Shown here: piece after piece, positions 53,506-64,000 of the stretch
How the letters are laid out: every line of letters starts with the position of its first letter
Numbering within the stretch: the first letter of the stretch is position 1
Origin: an uncultured cyanobacterium
GTDB taxonomy: Bacteria > Cyanobacteriota > Cyanobacteriia > Cyanobacteriales > CAWUOF01
Direction of reading: 5' to 3'
Assembly: GCA_963744145.1 (NCBI GenBank)
Contig: CAVUSO010000001.1
Span: forward strand, 6,912,001 to 6,976,000
DNA: 64,000 bases
Translations under genes and position numbers: made by a program
Notes under the pieces: generated by a model
Seen by the model: only the letters and a program-made list of their open reading frames with translations
The model's database searches: none
What the model was told of the DNA's origin: nothing

Positions 53506-56500
53506 ATGAAACATTTCCTCCAGATTATTAACGGGTGTTTAACAATTTTCCCTGTAGGGATGATATGTGCTAATATTTGTCCTGGGTTAACACAATCCAT
53601 TATTCCTACTCGCAACGCTACGGGGACCTTAGTTACACCTGTAGGTAATAAATATAATATTAATGGCGGTACTCTTTCGGGCGATCGCACCAATTTATTC
53701 CACAGTTTTGATAAATTTGGACTTTCCACAGGTGAAACCGCCAATTTTATCTCTAGTCCAGGAATTCGCAATATTTTAGGGAGAATTAGCGGGGGAAATC
53801 CTTCCTTAATTAACGGATTAATTCAAGTAACGGGAGGGAATTCTAACTTATTTTTAATCAATCCTGCGGGCATTGTCTTTGGCTCTAATGCGAGTTTAAA
53901 TGTGCCCGCATCTTTTACCGCAACCACAGCGACAGGAATTGGATTTAGTAATAATCAATGGTTCAATGCGATCGGCAATAATAACTATAACAACTTAATC
54001 GGAACACCATCGCAATTTACCTTTGATTTCGCCAAATCAGGAAATATTATCAACGCGGGAAACTTAACCGTACCAGTCGGAGCAAATTTAACCTTACTGG
54101 GTGGTAATGTAATTAATACTGGACAATTGACTGCTCCTGCGGGAAATATTACTATTAATGCTGTGCCAAATCAGAATGTAGTAAAAATCTCGCAACCCGG
54201 ACATATATTAAGTTTAGAAATTGCACCTCCACGAGATTCTACTGGGCAAATATTGCCGATCGCACCTGCCGATTTACCTACTTTACTAACAGGAACAGCA
54301 AAGAATATAGATACAGGGTTGAGTGTTAATGCCAGTGGTAATGTGCAATTAAATCAGTCGGGCATAATTTTACCAAATAAGCAAGGTTTAGCAATTACAA
54401 CAGGGAATATTTCGGTAGCAGGAATAAGTGGAAATTCAGTAGGGGGAAATGTAAATGTTTTAGGAGATAAATTAGGAGTATTTAATAGCAATATCGATGC
54501 TTCTGGCGCTACGGGAGGAGGAATAGTAAGAATAGGTGGAGATTATCAAGGAGGAGGAACTTTACCCCATGCTAGTCAAACAATAATTGCGACCGACTCT
54601 AGTATTAATGCTAATGCCACAGAGACAGGAAATGGTGGAAAAGTAATAGTCTGGTCAGATAGTTTTACCAGTTATTATGGCAATATCACTGCTCGTGGAG
54701 GAGTCAAAGGTGGGGATGGTGGTCTAGTTGAAACTTCAGGCAAAAACTTACTAATTTTTACTGGAGGAGTAGATGCGGGAGCAAATTTAGGTAAACCAGG
54801 AACATTATTGCTTGATCCGAAAAATATCACCATTACTAATGTTAACTCACCCTTAGTTACACTTACCAACCCCAACCCTGTAGCAGGTAGCTTCGGTCTT
54901 TCAGTTGCAGTAACGAATGACAACAAGCTCTTGGTTGGTGCTTACCTTAACACATCGGGGGGATACACAGCAGCAGGACAAGCTTTTTTGTTTAATAGCA
55001 GCGGTGGACTGATCACAACTTTAGACAATCCCAATCCTATAGCAAATGGACAGTTCGGGTCTCAAGTTGCCGTAACAAGTAACAACAACCTGTTGATCGG
55101 CGCTCCTTCCAACCAACAATCGGGGGGGAGTATCATAGCAGGACAAGCTTTTTTGTTTAATAGTAGCGGTAATCTGCTCCGAACTTTAGACAATCCTGTT
55201 CCTTCAGGAGGATTCTTCGGATGGTCAGTAGCTGGAGTGGGCAGTAACTTGTTGATTGGAGCACCTTACAACCAACAATCGGGGGGGAGTACCATAGCAG
55301 GACAAGCCTTTTTGTTTAATAGTAGTGGTAATCTGCTACAAACTTTAGATAATCCCAATCCTGTAACAAATGGAGGATTCGGATGGTCAGTTGCCGCAGC
55401 AGGTAATAACCTCTTGATCGGCGCTCCTTACAACACATCGGGGGGATTACCATCTGCAGGACAAGCGTTTTTGTTTAACAGTAGTGGTAATCTGCTGCAA
55501 ACTTTAGACAACCCTAACCCTGTCTATGCTGGAGAGTTCGGATATTCAGTTGCCGGAGTAGGTAACAACCTGTTGATCGGAGCGTGGAACAATACATCGG
55601 GAGGATTACCATCTGCAGGACAAGCGTTTTTGTTTAACAGTAGTGGGACACTGTTGAAAACTTTAGATAATCCTAACCCTTATACGCCTGCAATGCTTGG
55701 AAATTTCGGAAATTCAGTTGCCGGACTAGGTAGTAATCTGTTGATCGGGGCCTATCAAAACACATCGGGGGGATTTACCGGAGCAGGGCAAGCTTTTTTG
55801 TTTAATAGCAATAATAGTAGTATTAATAATGGGCTACTACAAACATTTGATAATCCTAATCCTGCAACAAATGGCAACTTTGGTGCTTTCGTTGCCGCCG
55901 CAGGTAATAACCCGCTGGTCGGAGCTATTGGTAATGGAGTCTCAGGAGCAGGACAAGCGTTTTTGGTTAGTCCGACCTATCCAGGAGCATTATCTTTTAA
56001 TGACAATCCCAGTGCTTCAGTTAATGTTGATCCGATTAATATTACTAATGTTACTAATACGGGCACTAATGTCGTACTTCAAGTACATAATGATCTGACT
56101 GTTGCCCAACCAGTGATTACCTCTGCGGGAGGACATGGTGGAGCGATTACCCTGCAAGCAGGACGCAGTATTTTAGTTAATGCCAACATCACTACCGATA
56201 ATGGAAATTTAACTCTAGTTGCGAATGAAACTGCGGCTAATGGAATTCTAAGTCAATATCGAGATCCCGGTTTTGCTAATATTACCGTTGCACCTGGAGT
56301 CATACTTAATTCTGGTACAGGTGATACGGCAATTCGCATTAATACTGGTGCGGCGATCGGCAGTGGTGGTAATATTAGTTTGCGAAATATTATTGCTAAC
56401 AATCTCCTAGTCGAGAATTTAGGAGCTAGCAACAGCAACATTATTTTAAATACTCCCCCGACTTTGACCGGAAATATTACTTTAACTGCGAATGGAAATG

Positions 56501-59431
56501 TAACTACTCCGTCGCTGACAACTCCGGGTAATAGCATTAGTATTACGAGCAATTTAGGTCAAATTGATACAACTGGGGGCACTATTGATAGTAGCTCAAC
56601 TGGTGCGGGGGGAGATGTAACTTTAACAACAACTAATCTCGCCATTATTACAGGTAATGTTAATAGTAATTCTACTGGGAGTGGTAAAGGAGGAAATATC
56701 ACTATTACCAGTGGGGATGCGATTGATACCACTCTAGGAACTTTGAATTCTAGTTCAATGACAGGTCAAGGTGGAGATATTACCTTGAATGCGAATAGCA
56801 ATATAAAAATCGCTAATCTCAATACAAATAGCAATCTTAGTAGTGGAGCTGGGGGAAATATTACCCTGAATAGTAATGGCGGTTTAATTACTAATATAAC
56901 TGGGACGATTAATGCAACTGCAAATTCAGGTCATGGGGGAAATATATCCCTAATGAGTACCAGCGATATTATCATCAATAAGAATATCAATAGCAATTCT
57001 AATGGGACTGGGAACGGAGGAGATATTTCTTTAACTAGCACGAGTGGTGCGGTGCAGATTAATTCTCTCAATTCAACTTCAAAGTTTGGGAATGGTGGAA
57101 ATTTAACGATTAATGCTGCTAATAATATTAAAGGATTGCTGCTCTTTGCTGATGCGACTAAAGGTCAGGGAGGAAATATTAGTCTCACTAGCACTACCGG
57201 AGCAATTAATATTAGTTCGCTGAGTGCTAATTCTAATAATGCTCAAGGTGGAACCTTATTTCTCCAAGCGAATAGCAATATCACTACAGGAGATTTAAGT
57301 GCTAAAGGGATTACGGGGATAAGTCAAGGTGGTCAGACTTCTATTATTAGTAAAAAAGCCGCGATCGCGATTGGTAATATTACCACAAATGGTCCAGCAA
57401 GTGGAGGAAATATCTCCTTACAAGCTAGCACCCAAATTACGACTAAACAAATTAATTCTAGTAGCATTAATGGAGCAGGTGGTAATGTGCTAATTGACCC
57501 TACGGGAGATGTGCAAGTGAGTAATATTAATACTGCTGGTCAGACAACAGGAGGAAATGTGGATATTACCGCAGGTACATATTTGCGAGTAAATGTACCT
57601 CTAACTACAGCTAATTGCGGTACAGTGAGTATTTGCACAATTGGTAATAGTCAAGGAGGGAATATATTTCTCAGACATGGGGGTGATGGAGTAGTTCCAT
57701 TTATCGTGGGAGATGCAACGCTCAATGGTACAGCTAGTGCAATATATAAGGGAAATAGTTCAGAACAAAAGATTAATAGTGGTTCCTTCTTGATGACTCA
57801 ATTGCAAGATAACGGGACACTGGGAATTATTACTAAGACCACTGCTATACCAACACCAACACCTGCACCAACATCAACATCAACATCAACATCAACCCTT
57901 GCAACATTTGTACCAACACCAGTACCAACATCTACTCTAATACCAATACCAACACCAACACCAATACCAACACCTGCACCAACACCAATACCAACAACAA
58001 CACTAATACCAACACCTACTCCAACACCTGTACCAATAGAGGAGCATCAGAATAATTTAAACATTAATCCTGTAGATTTAACTAAATTACAAGATCATCT
58101 AGATTCTTCCCTATTGTTCCAAAATGATACTTCTCAAAATTTGGCAATTGATAAATCAATGAGTCAAGAATATACTCAATATTTTGGGCTAGCTGATGTG
58201 GCAGAATTGAGTGTTAGTAAAATCCGAGAGTCTCTGACTAATATTGAAAAACATACTGGGATTAAGCCCGCAGTTATTTATGTATTTTTTGCGCCTAGTA
58301 CGATTACTCCTGTCCCTATTAATAGCGAAGTAAAAATTACTGAAAATCCCTTAAAAGAACAAAATTTAGGTTTGTTAAGAGCGGCAATACCGGCAGCCCA
58401 AGATCATTTAGAATTAATTTTAGTCACAGGAAGTTCTCACCCAATTCGCAAGTCCTTAAATGTGACTAGAGAGGAAGTTCTTGCGACTGCTCAAAAATTT
58501 CAGGATACAGTAGCTGACCAAAAAATGACGCGAGAATATCTGGTGCCATCGCAAAGAATGTATCAATGGTTAGTCGCTCCTTTAGAACAGAATTTACAAG
58601 CATTGAATATTCAAAATTTGGTCTATATCATGGATCAGAAACTCCGCACTCTTCCTTTAGCAGCAATGCGGGATGAGAAAAGTTTTCTGATTGAACGCTA
58701 CAGTGTGGGATTAATGCCAAGTTTTGCCCTGACTGACCCCAGTTATCAGGATATTCATAGTTCTCAATTATTAGCAATGGGTAGCACTAATTTCTCGGAT
58801 GTCTTCCATCTCAGTGCTTTACCATCCGTGAAAGCGGAAGTAAATTTGGCGCATCAAATTTGGGGAGGTAAATCTTTTCTGAATGATCAATTTACCCTGG
58901 AAACCTTAAAATCTCAACGGGAACATCATCCCTTTACAATTGTCCATTTAGCTACCCATGCTGACGTTAATCCGGGTACAGCCGATGACTCTTATCTTTA
59001 TTTTACGAAGGAAAGATTACCTCTGCCTAATTTACGTTCAATTAAGTGGAATAATCCCCCAGTAGAACTATTAGTTTTAAGTGCTTGTCAGACCGCAGTA
59101 GGAAATGATAATGTGGAGTTAGGTTTTGCCGGATTAGCAGTCCAATCTGGGGTGAAATCAGCTTTAGCTTCCTTATGGCATATTTCTGATGAAGGTACTC
59201 TAGGATTAATGACGGAGTTTTACGAGCAATTAAAAACAGCACCAATTAAAGCCGAAGCTTTACGTCGCGCTCAGTTAGCTATGATGTCACCATGAAGTGC
59301 GTTTACAAGCAGGAAAGTTAGTCACCAGTAAGCAATCTTTTCCCTTACCTCCTGAGTTAGTTAATTTGCATCACCAATTCAGTCATCCTTATTATTGGAG
59401 TGGGTTTACCATTATTGGTAATCCTTGGTAA
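53506..59431 (+). CDS. FHA-like/FG-GAP/CHAT protein, copy 2 (+1 frameshift at ~59287 removes the last ~47 aa)
   Basis: 1929-aa ORF; HPYYWSGFTIIGNPW is encoded in the shifted frame to 59431. Confidence 0.9.
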
Positions 59432-59482
59432 ATTCACCGACTCCATCGACCTTGGTCTTTGAACTCTCCCAAATGGTAACCT

Positions 59483-59717
59483 ATGAAACATTTACTCCAG
59501 ATTATTAACGGGTGTTTAACAATTTTCCCGCTAGGGATGATATGTACTAATATTTGTCCTGGGTTAGCACAATCTATTATTCCTACTCGCAACGCTACGG
59601 GCACCTTAGTTACACCTGTAGGTAATAAATATAATATTAATGGTGGTACTCTTGCGGGCGATCGCACCAACCTATTCCACAGTTTTGATCAATTTGGACT
59701 TTCCGCAGGTGAAACCT
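59483..59717 (+). pseudogene. FHA-like/CHAT copy 3, 5' fragment
   Basis: Matches the copy 2 N-terminus up to SAGET, then foreign sequence. Confidence 0.85.
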
Positions 59718-59744
59718 TCTGCTGCCAATCTGCAAAAAATTACG

Positions 59745-59891
59745 CTAAGGATTATGAATCCATTCGTCATGAATTAAGTTAGTCCATTTAGCTCTAAAGA
59801 GATCGGCGATCGCTAATTGAATGAGAATATCTCTAAGATAGTTAGAATAAAGGACACAGGCATCGTATATTACTGTAAATTTGCTAGTCAT
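59745..59891 (-). pseudogene. PIN-domain toxin N-terminal fragment
   Basis: MTSKFTVIYDACVLYSNYLRDILIQLAIADLFRAKWT...HDEW*, overlapping the stop of the upstream HTH gene. Confidence 0.8.
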
Positions 59892-60339
59892 ATAGTCCTA
59901 ATTCTTCAGATATTACCACAATCTCATCTAAAACTTTGCTTCTGGCGGCATCAATATTGGTTTTGTATTCCATTAAGTCGGTAAAGCGGATGCGTCGATG
60001 TTTGCCGACTTTGTGATAGGGAATTACACCTTCTTCTAGTTGTTTGATTAGGAAGGGGTGCGAGACGTTGATTAAATCTGCGGCTTCTTGGGTGGTGAGT
60101 TCGGCATGGATGGGGATGATCGTTACGGCGTTGCCTTGGGACATCTGGGTTAAAATATCTATAAATAGGCGATAGGCGGCGGCAGGGATTGTGGCTGTCT
60201 CTTCACTGCCATCGGCTTCTACGATTTTGAGATGACGGACACTTTCGCTAATGTGCGAGGCAAGAATACGGCTGCTTTCTTTAGAAATTTCGGTTTCTTC
60301 TTCGGTGGGAATATGTAGAGACTGGTTTAGGGCAACCAT
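59884..60339 (-). CDS. Excisionase-type HTH (HTH_17) DNA-binding protein/antitoxin
   Basis: ELTTQEAADLINVSHPFLIKQLEEGVIPYHKVGKHRRI. Confidence 0.88.
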   Translation of the reverse strand: MVALNQSLHIPTEEETEISKESSRILASHISESVRHLKIVEADGSEETATIPAAAYRLFIDILTQMSQGNAVTIIPIHAELTTQEAADLINVSHPFLIKQLEEGVIPYHKVGKHRRIRFTDLMEYKTNIDAARSKVLDEIVVISEELGLYD

Positions 60340-60689
60340 TGGGCAACCTCAGATAGTTTTGTTTTTAGATTGCTGGAAATTGTTTGAATTTTGCTCAAAG
60401 TCTAGCATATTAAAACGCAATAAACGAAATAGTGACAGTGCAAGCGAGGGAAGCGATCGCACTTGGAGCAGATCAAGCCGTTGGTGCTTGGGGTGCTGAG
60501 TAAAGCAGCGCGGTATAATTGACTGTTGCCAAATTTTAGATCTATAAAGTCCGTGCCATTGAATTACCATTATTTTATGGTTATTTTCGGTGGCCCAAGT
60601 ACCTGCCTGCCGTCTTAGCCTTAGCAGATCAGATTTACAGCACATTAGACTGGTGGACTACCCCGCTACGAAGTGCGCCGGGAATACGA

Positions 60690-61082
60690 TCGCAACCAAA
60701 ACTAATTGCTTCAAGGTAAAATCGACAATAAATATCCAATCTTGGCGATATTCTTTTTGACGATTAAGCTCATATAATCCAATCCGTCCTAGCCATTTTA
60801 AAAGTGCAAGTAAAGCTGGGAGTTTTCTGTTCTTCTAAGTTATTAAACAATTCTAAGGTTTTTTCTATTCCTCTAAAACTGCTCCCCCATTTAATTAAAA
60901 GTTGGATAGTTTTTTCTGCTTTTCTAAAGCTTTTTCTTTCCAATTATCTCGACCTGCACAAAATAACCGCGCTAATCTGCTAGGTGGGCTCTTGAACTCT
61001 GACATTAACTTTTACCTTTTCAAGTAAATGTGACACAGTTATTGCATGAATAATATCACTCAAAAACCCACAAAGTCAACAG
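60690..61082 (-). mobile_element. Degraded IS transposase remnant
   Basis: Minus strand MSEFKSPPSRLARLF..GRDNWKEKALEKQKK and, with frameshifts, SFRGIEKTLELF..TPSF..GLYELNRQKEYRQDWIFIVDFT resemble a cyanobacterial transposase family. Confidence 0.55.
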
Positions 61083-61083
61083 C

Positions 61084-61170
61084 CTACCTCCTGAGTTAGT
61101 TCAATTGCATCACCAATTCAGTCATCCTTATTATTGGAGTGGGTTTACCATTATTGGTAATCCTTGGTAA
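61084..61170 (+). pseudogene. FHA-like/CHAT copy 3, 3' tail
   Basis: LPPELVQLHHQFSHPYYWSGFTIIGNPW*. Confidence 0.85.
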
Positions 61171-61221
61171 ATTCACCGACTCGATTGACCTTGGTCTTTG
61201 GACTCTCCCAAATGGTAACCT

Positions 61222-64000
61222 ATGAAACATTTCCTCCAGATTATTAACGGGTGTTTAACAATTTTCTCGCTAGGGATGATATGTGTTAATATTTGTCCTG
61301 GGTTAGCACAATCCATTATTCCTACTCGCAACGCTACGGGGACTTTAGTGACCCCAGTAGGTAATAAATACAATATTAATGGTGGTACTTTTTCGAGCGA
61401 TCGCACCAACCTATTCCACAGTTTTGATCAATTTGGACTTTCCACAGGTGAAACCGCCAATTTTATCTCTAATCCCCAAATTCGGAATATTTTAGGGAGA
61501 GTTACGGGAGGAAATCCTTCCTTAATTAATGGATTAATTCAAGTTACGGGAGGAAATTCTAACTTATTTTTAATGAATCCTGCGGGAATTGTATTTGGCT
61601 CTAATGCGAGTTTAAATGTGCCCGCATCTTTTACCGCAACCACAGCAACAGGAATTGGATTTAGTAATAATCAATGGTTCAATGCGATCGGCAATAATAA
61701 CTATAACAACTTAATCGGAACACCATCGCAATTTGCCTTTGATTTTGCCAAATCAGGAAACATTATCAATGCGGGAAACTTAACCGTACCAGTCGGAGCA
61801 AATTTAATCTTACTAGGTGGTAATGTAATTAATACTGGACAATTGACTGCACCTTCCGGAAATATTACTATTAATGCGGTGCCAAATCAGAATATAGTAA
61901 AAATCTCGCAACCCGGACATATATTAAGTTTAGAAATTACACCACCAAGAGATCCTACTGGGCAAATCTTGCCGATCACTCCGGTTGATTTACCGACTTT
62001 GCTAACAGGAACGAATAATATAGATATAGGTTTAAGTGTTAATACCAGTGGTAATGTGCAATTAAATCAGTCAGGGATAATTTTCCCAAATCAGCAGGGT
62101 TTAGCAATTACAACAGGGCAGATTTCCGTAGCCGGAATAACCGGAAATACAATAGGTGGAAATGTCAATGTTTTAGGAGACAAAGTAGGAATATTTAATA
62201 GTAATATAGATGCTTCAGGTACTACGGGAGGAGGAATAGTAAGAATCGGTGGTGACTATCAAGGAGAAGGAATTTTGCCCCATGCTACTCAAACTATTGT
62301 TGCAGCAGATGCTAGCATCAATACTAATGCTACAGCAACGGGAAATGGTGGCAAAGTAATCGTTTGGTCTGATAATTTTACCAGTTATTATGGCAATATC
62401 ACTGCCCGTGGAGGTAGAAATGGTGGGGATGGTGGTTTAGTTGAAACTTCAGGCAAAAACTTACTAATTTTTACTGGAGGAGTAGATGCAGGAGTAACTT
62501 TAGGCAAACCAGGAACTTTACTCCTTGATCCTAAAAATATCACTATTACTAACGTTAACTCACCACTAGTTACACTTGTCAACCCCAATCATGTAGCAGG
62601 TGGACAGTTCGGTATTTCAGTTACAGCAACGAATGACAACAAGCTCTTGGTTGGTTCTTACTATAACACATCAGGGGGGGTCTCACAAGCAGGACAAGCT
62701 TTTTTGTTTAATAGCAACGGTGGACTGATCACAACTTTAGACAATCCCAATCCTATCATTAATGGACAGTTCGGGAATCAAGTTGCCGTAGCAAGTAACA
62801 ACAACCTGTTGATCAGCGCTCCTTACAATACATCGGGGGGGGTTATAGGCGCAGGACAGGCTTTTTTGTTTAATAGTAGTGGTAATCTGCTCCGAACTTT
62901 AGACAATCCCAATCCTGTAGTAAATGGAGCTTTTGGATGGTCACTGGCTGGAGTGGGCAGTAACTTGTTGATTGGAGCATATGGAAACACATCATTGGGA
63001 GGAATCCCAGTAGCAGGGCAAGCCTTTTTGTTTAATAGTAGTGGTAATCTGCTCCGAATTTTAGATAATCCCAATCCGATCATAACTGGTGGTGGCGCTT
63101 TCGGATGGTCAGTTGCCGCAGCAGGTAATAACCTCTTGATTAGCGCTCCTTACAACACATCGGGGGGGTTCACCCAAGCAGGACAAGCGTTTTTGTTTAA
63201 CAGTAGTGGGACGCTGATGCAAACTTTAGATAATCCTAACCCTGTAGTGAATGGACAGTTCGGATATTTAGTTACCGGAGTAGGTAACAACCTGTTGATC
63301 GGCGCTCCTTACAACACATCGGGGGGGTTCACCCAAGCAGGACAAGCGTTTTTGTTTAACAGTAGTGGGACGCTGATGCAAACTTTAGATAATCCTAACC
63401 CTGTAGTGAATGGAAGTTTCGGAATTTCAGTTGCCGGAGTAGGTAGCAATCTGTTGATCGGGGCGTATGGAAATAAATCGGGGGGATTGACTGGAGCAGG
63501 GCAAGCTTTTTTGTTTAATAGCAATAATAGTCATATTAATAATGGGTTACTACAAACATTTGATAATCCTAATCCTATAGCAGGTGGCAGCTTTGGCATT
63601 TCCGTTGCCGCAGCAGGTAATAACCTGTTAATCGGAGCTAATAGTAATGGAGTCTCAGGAGAAGGACAAGCGTTTTTGATTAGTCCGACCTATCCAGGAG
63701 TATTATCTTTTAATGACAATCCTAGTGCTTCGGTTAATGTTGATCCGATTAATATTACTAATGTTACCAATAGGGGTACTAATGTCGTACTCCAGGCACA
63801 TAATGATCTGACTGTTGCCCAACCAGTTACTACCTCTGCGGGGGGAAATGGTGGCGCACTTACTCTCCAAGCAGGACGTAGTATTTTAGTTAATGCCAAC
63901 ATCACCACCGATAATGGAAATTTAACTCTAGTTGCGAATGAAACTGCTGCTAATGGAGTGCTAAGTCAATATCGAGATCCGGGTTTTGCTAATATTACCG
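61222..64000 (+). CDS. FHA-like/FG-GAP protein, copy 4 (runs off window; CHAT domain presumed)
   Basis: ATG at 61222, same N-terminus, 7 propeller repeats at ~62580-63680, frame consistent to window end. Confidence 0.88.
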   Translation, partial: MKHFLQIINGCLTIFSLGMICVNICPGLAQSIIPTRNATGTLVTPVGNKYNINGGTFSSDRTNLFHSFDQFGLSTGETANFISNPQIRNILGRVTGGNPSLINGLIQVTGGNSNLFLMNPAGIVFGSNASLNVPASFTATTATGIGFSNNQWFNAIGNNNYNNLIGTPSQFAFDFAKSGNIINAGNLTVPVGANLILLGGNVINTGQLTAPSGNITINAVPNQNIVKISQPGHILSLEITPPRDPTGQILPITPVDLPTLLTGTNNIDIGLSVNTSGNVQLNQSGIIFPNQQGLAITTGQISVAGITGNTIGGNVNVLGDKVGIFNSNIDASGTTGGGIVRIGGDYQGEGILPHATQTIVAADASINTNATATGNGGKVIVWSDNFTSYYGNITARGGRNGGDGGLVETSGKNLLIFTGGVDAGVTLGKPGTLLLDPKNITITNVNSPLVTLVNPNHVAGGQFGISVTATNDNKLLVGSYYNTSGGVSQAGQAFLFNSNGGLITTLDNPNPIINGQFGNQVAVASNNNLLISAPYNTSGGVIGAGQAFLFNSSGNLLRTLDNPNPVVNGAFGWSLAGVGSNLLIGAYGNTSLGGIPVAGQAFLFNSSGNLLRILDNPNPIITGGGAFGWSVAAAGNNLLISAPYNTSGGFTQAGQAFLFNSSGTLMQTLDNPNPVVNGQFGYLVTGVGNNLLIGAPYNTSGGFTQAGQAFLFNSSGTLMQTLDNPNPVVNGSFGISVAGVGSNLLIGAYGNKSGGLTGAGQAFLFNSNNSHINNGLLQTFDNPNPIAGGSFGISVAAAGNNLLIGANSNGVSGEGQAFLISPTYPGVLSFNDNPSASVNVDPINITNVTNRGTNVVLQAHNDLTVAQPVTTSAGGNGGALTLQAGRSILVNANITTDNGNLTLVANETAANGVLSQYRDPGFANIT

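Noticed and set aside
51840..58035. ACACCA-type hexamer repeats at 51840-52055 and 57840-58035
   Set aside because: Explained as Pro/Thr linker coding sequence.
60251..60645. ORFs 60251..60499 and 60349..60645
   Set aside because: Antisense or debris in a decayed insertion; no recognisable motif.
48890..63680. Diversity-generating retroelement acting on the propeller repeats
   Set aside because: No reverse transcriptase, Avd or non-coding template repeat in the window, and substitutions are not strictly adenine-specific.

Overview
Window from a filamentous/oscillatorian-type cyanobacterial genome (frequent HIP1 GCGATCGC sites; ndhM, petF, nblB, bvdR-like genes). 1-6.4 kb is a collapsed type III (III-D-like) CRISPR-Cas locus: the RAMP genes survive only as internally deleted fragments, while interleaved Uma2, HsdR-N-like, CARF and RelE/HigB-HTH toxin-antitoxin genes persist, followed by a two-repeat mini-array. 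6.6-21 kb is an accessory island of secreted proteins (GH79, DUF1565-COP23, trypsin-TPR, Tat/NPCBM-like). It also holds an HTH-NB-ARC (STAND) gene whose upstream 9-bp tandem motif AAATGTCGG recurs in a second divergent intergenic region, and a nested REP/34-bp repeat array. 21-24.3 kb has TA remnants plus two orphan OMEGA RNA-like scaffolds (IscB/HEARO type and TnpB right-end type) around tandem petF genes. 24.6-45 kb is mostly core genes. 46-64 kb is a PEP-CTERM gene followed by a tandem array of four filamentous-haemagglutinin-like genes. The three copies readable through this region each carry a 7-blade FG-GAP-like propeller with hypervariable loops, and a C-terminal CHAT (caspase-like) protease is seen in copies 1-2; copy 3 was gutted by an IS/TA insertion. 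Five isolated single-base frameshifts may be sequencing errors.
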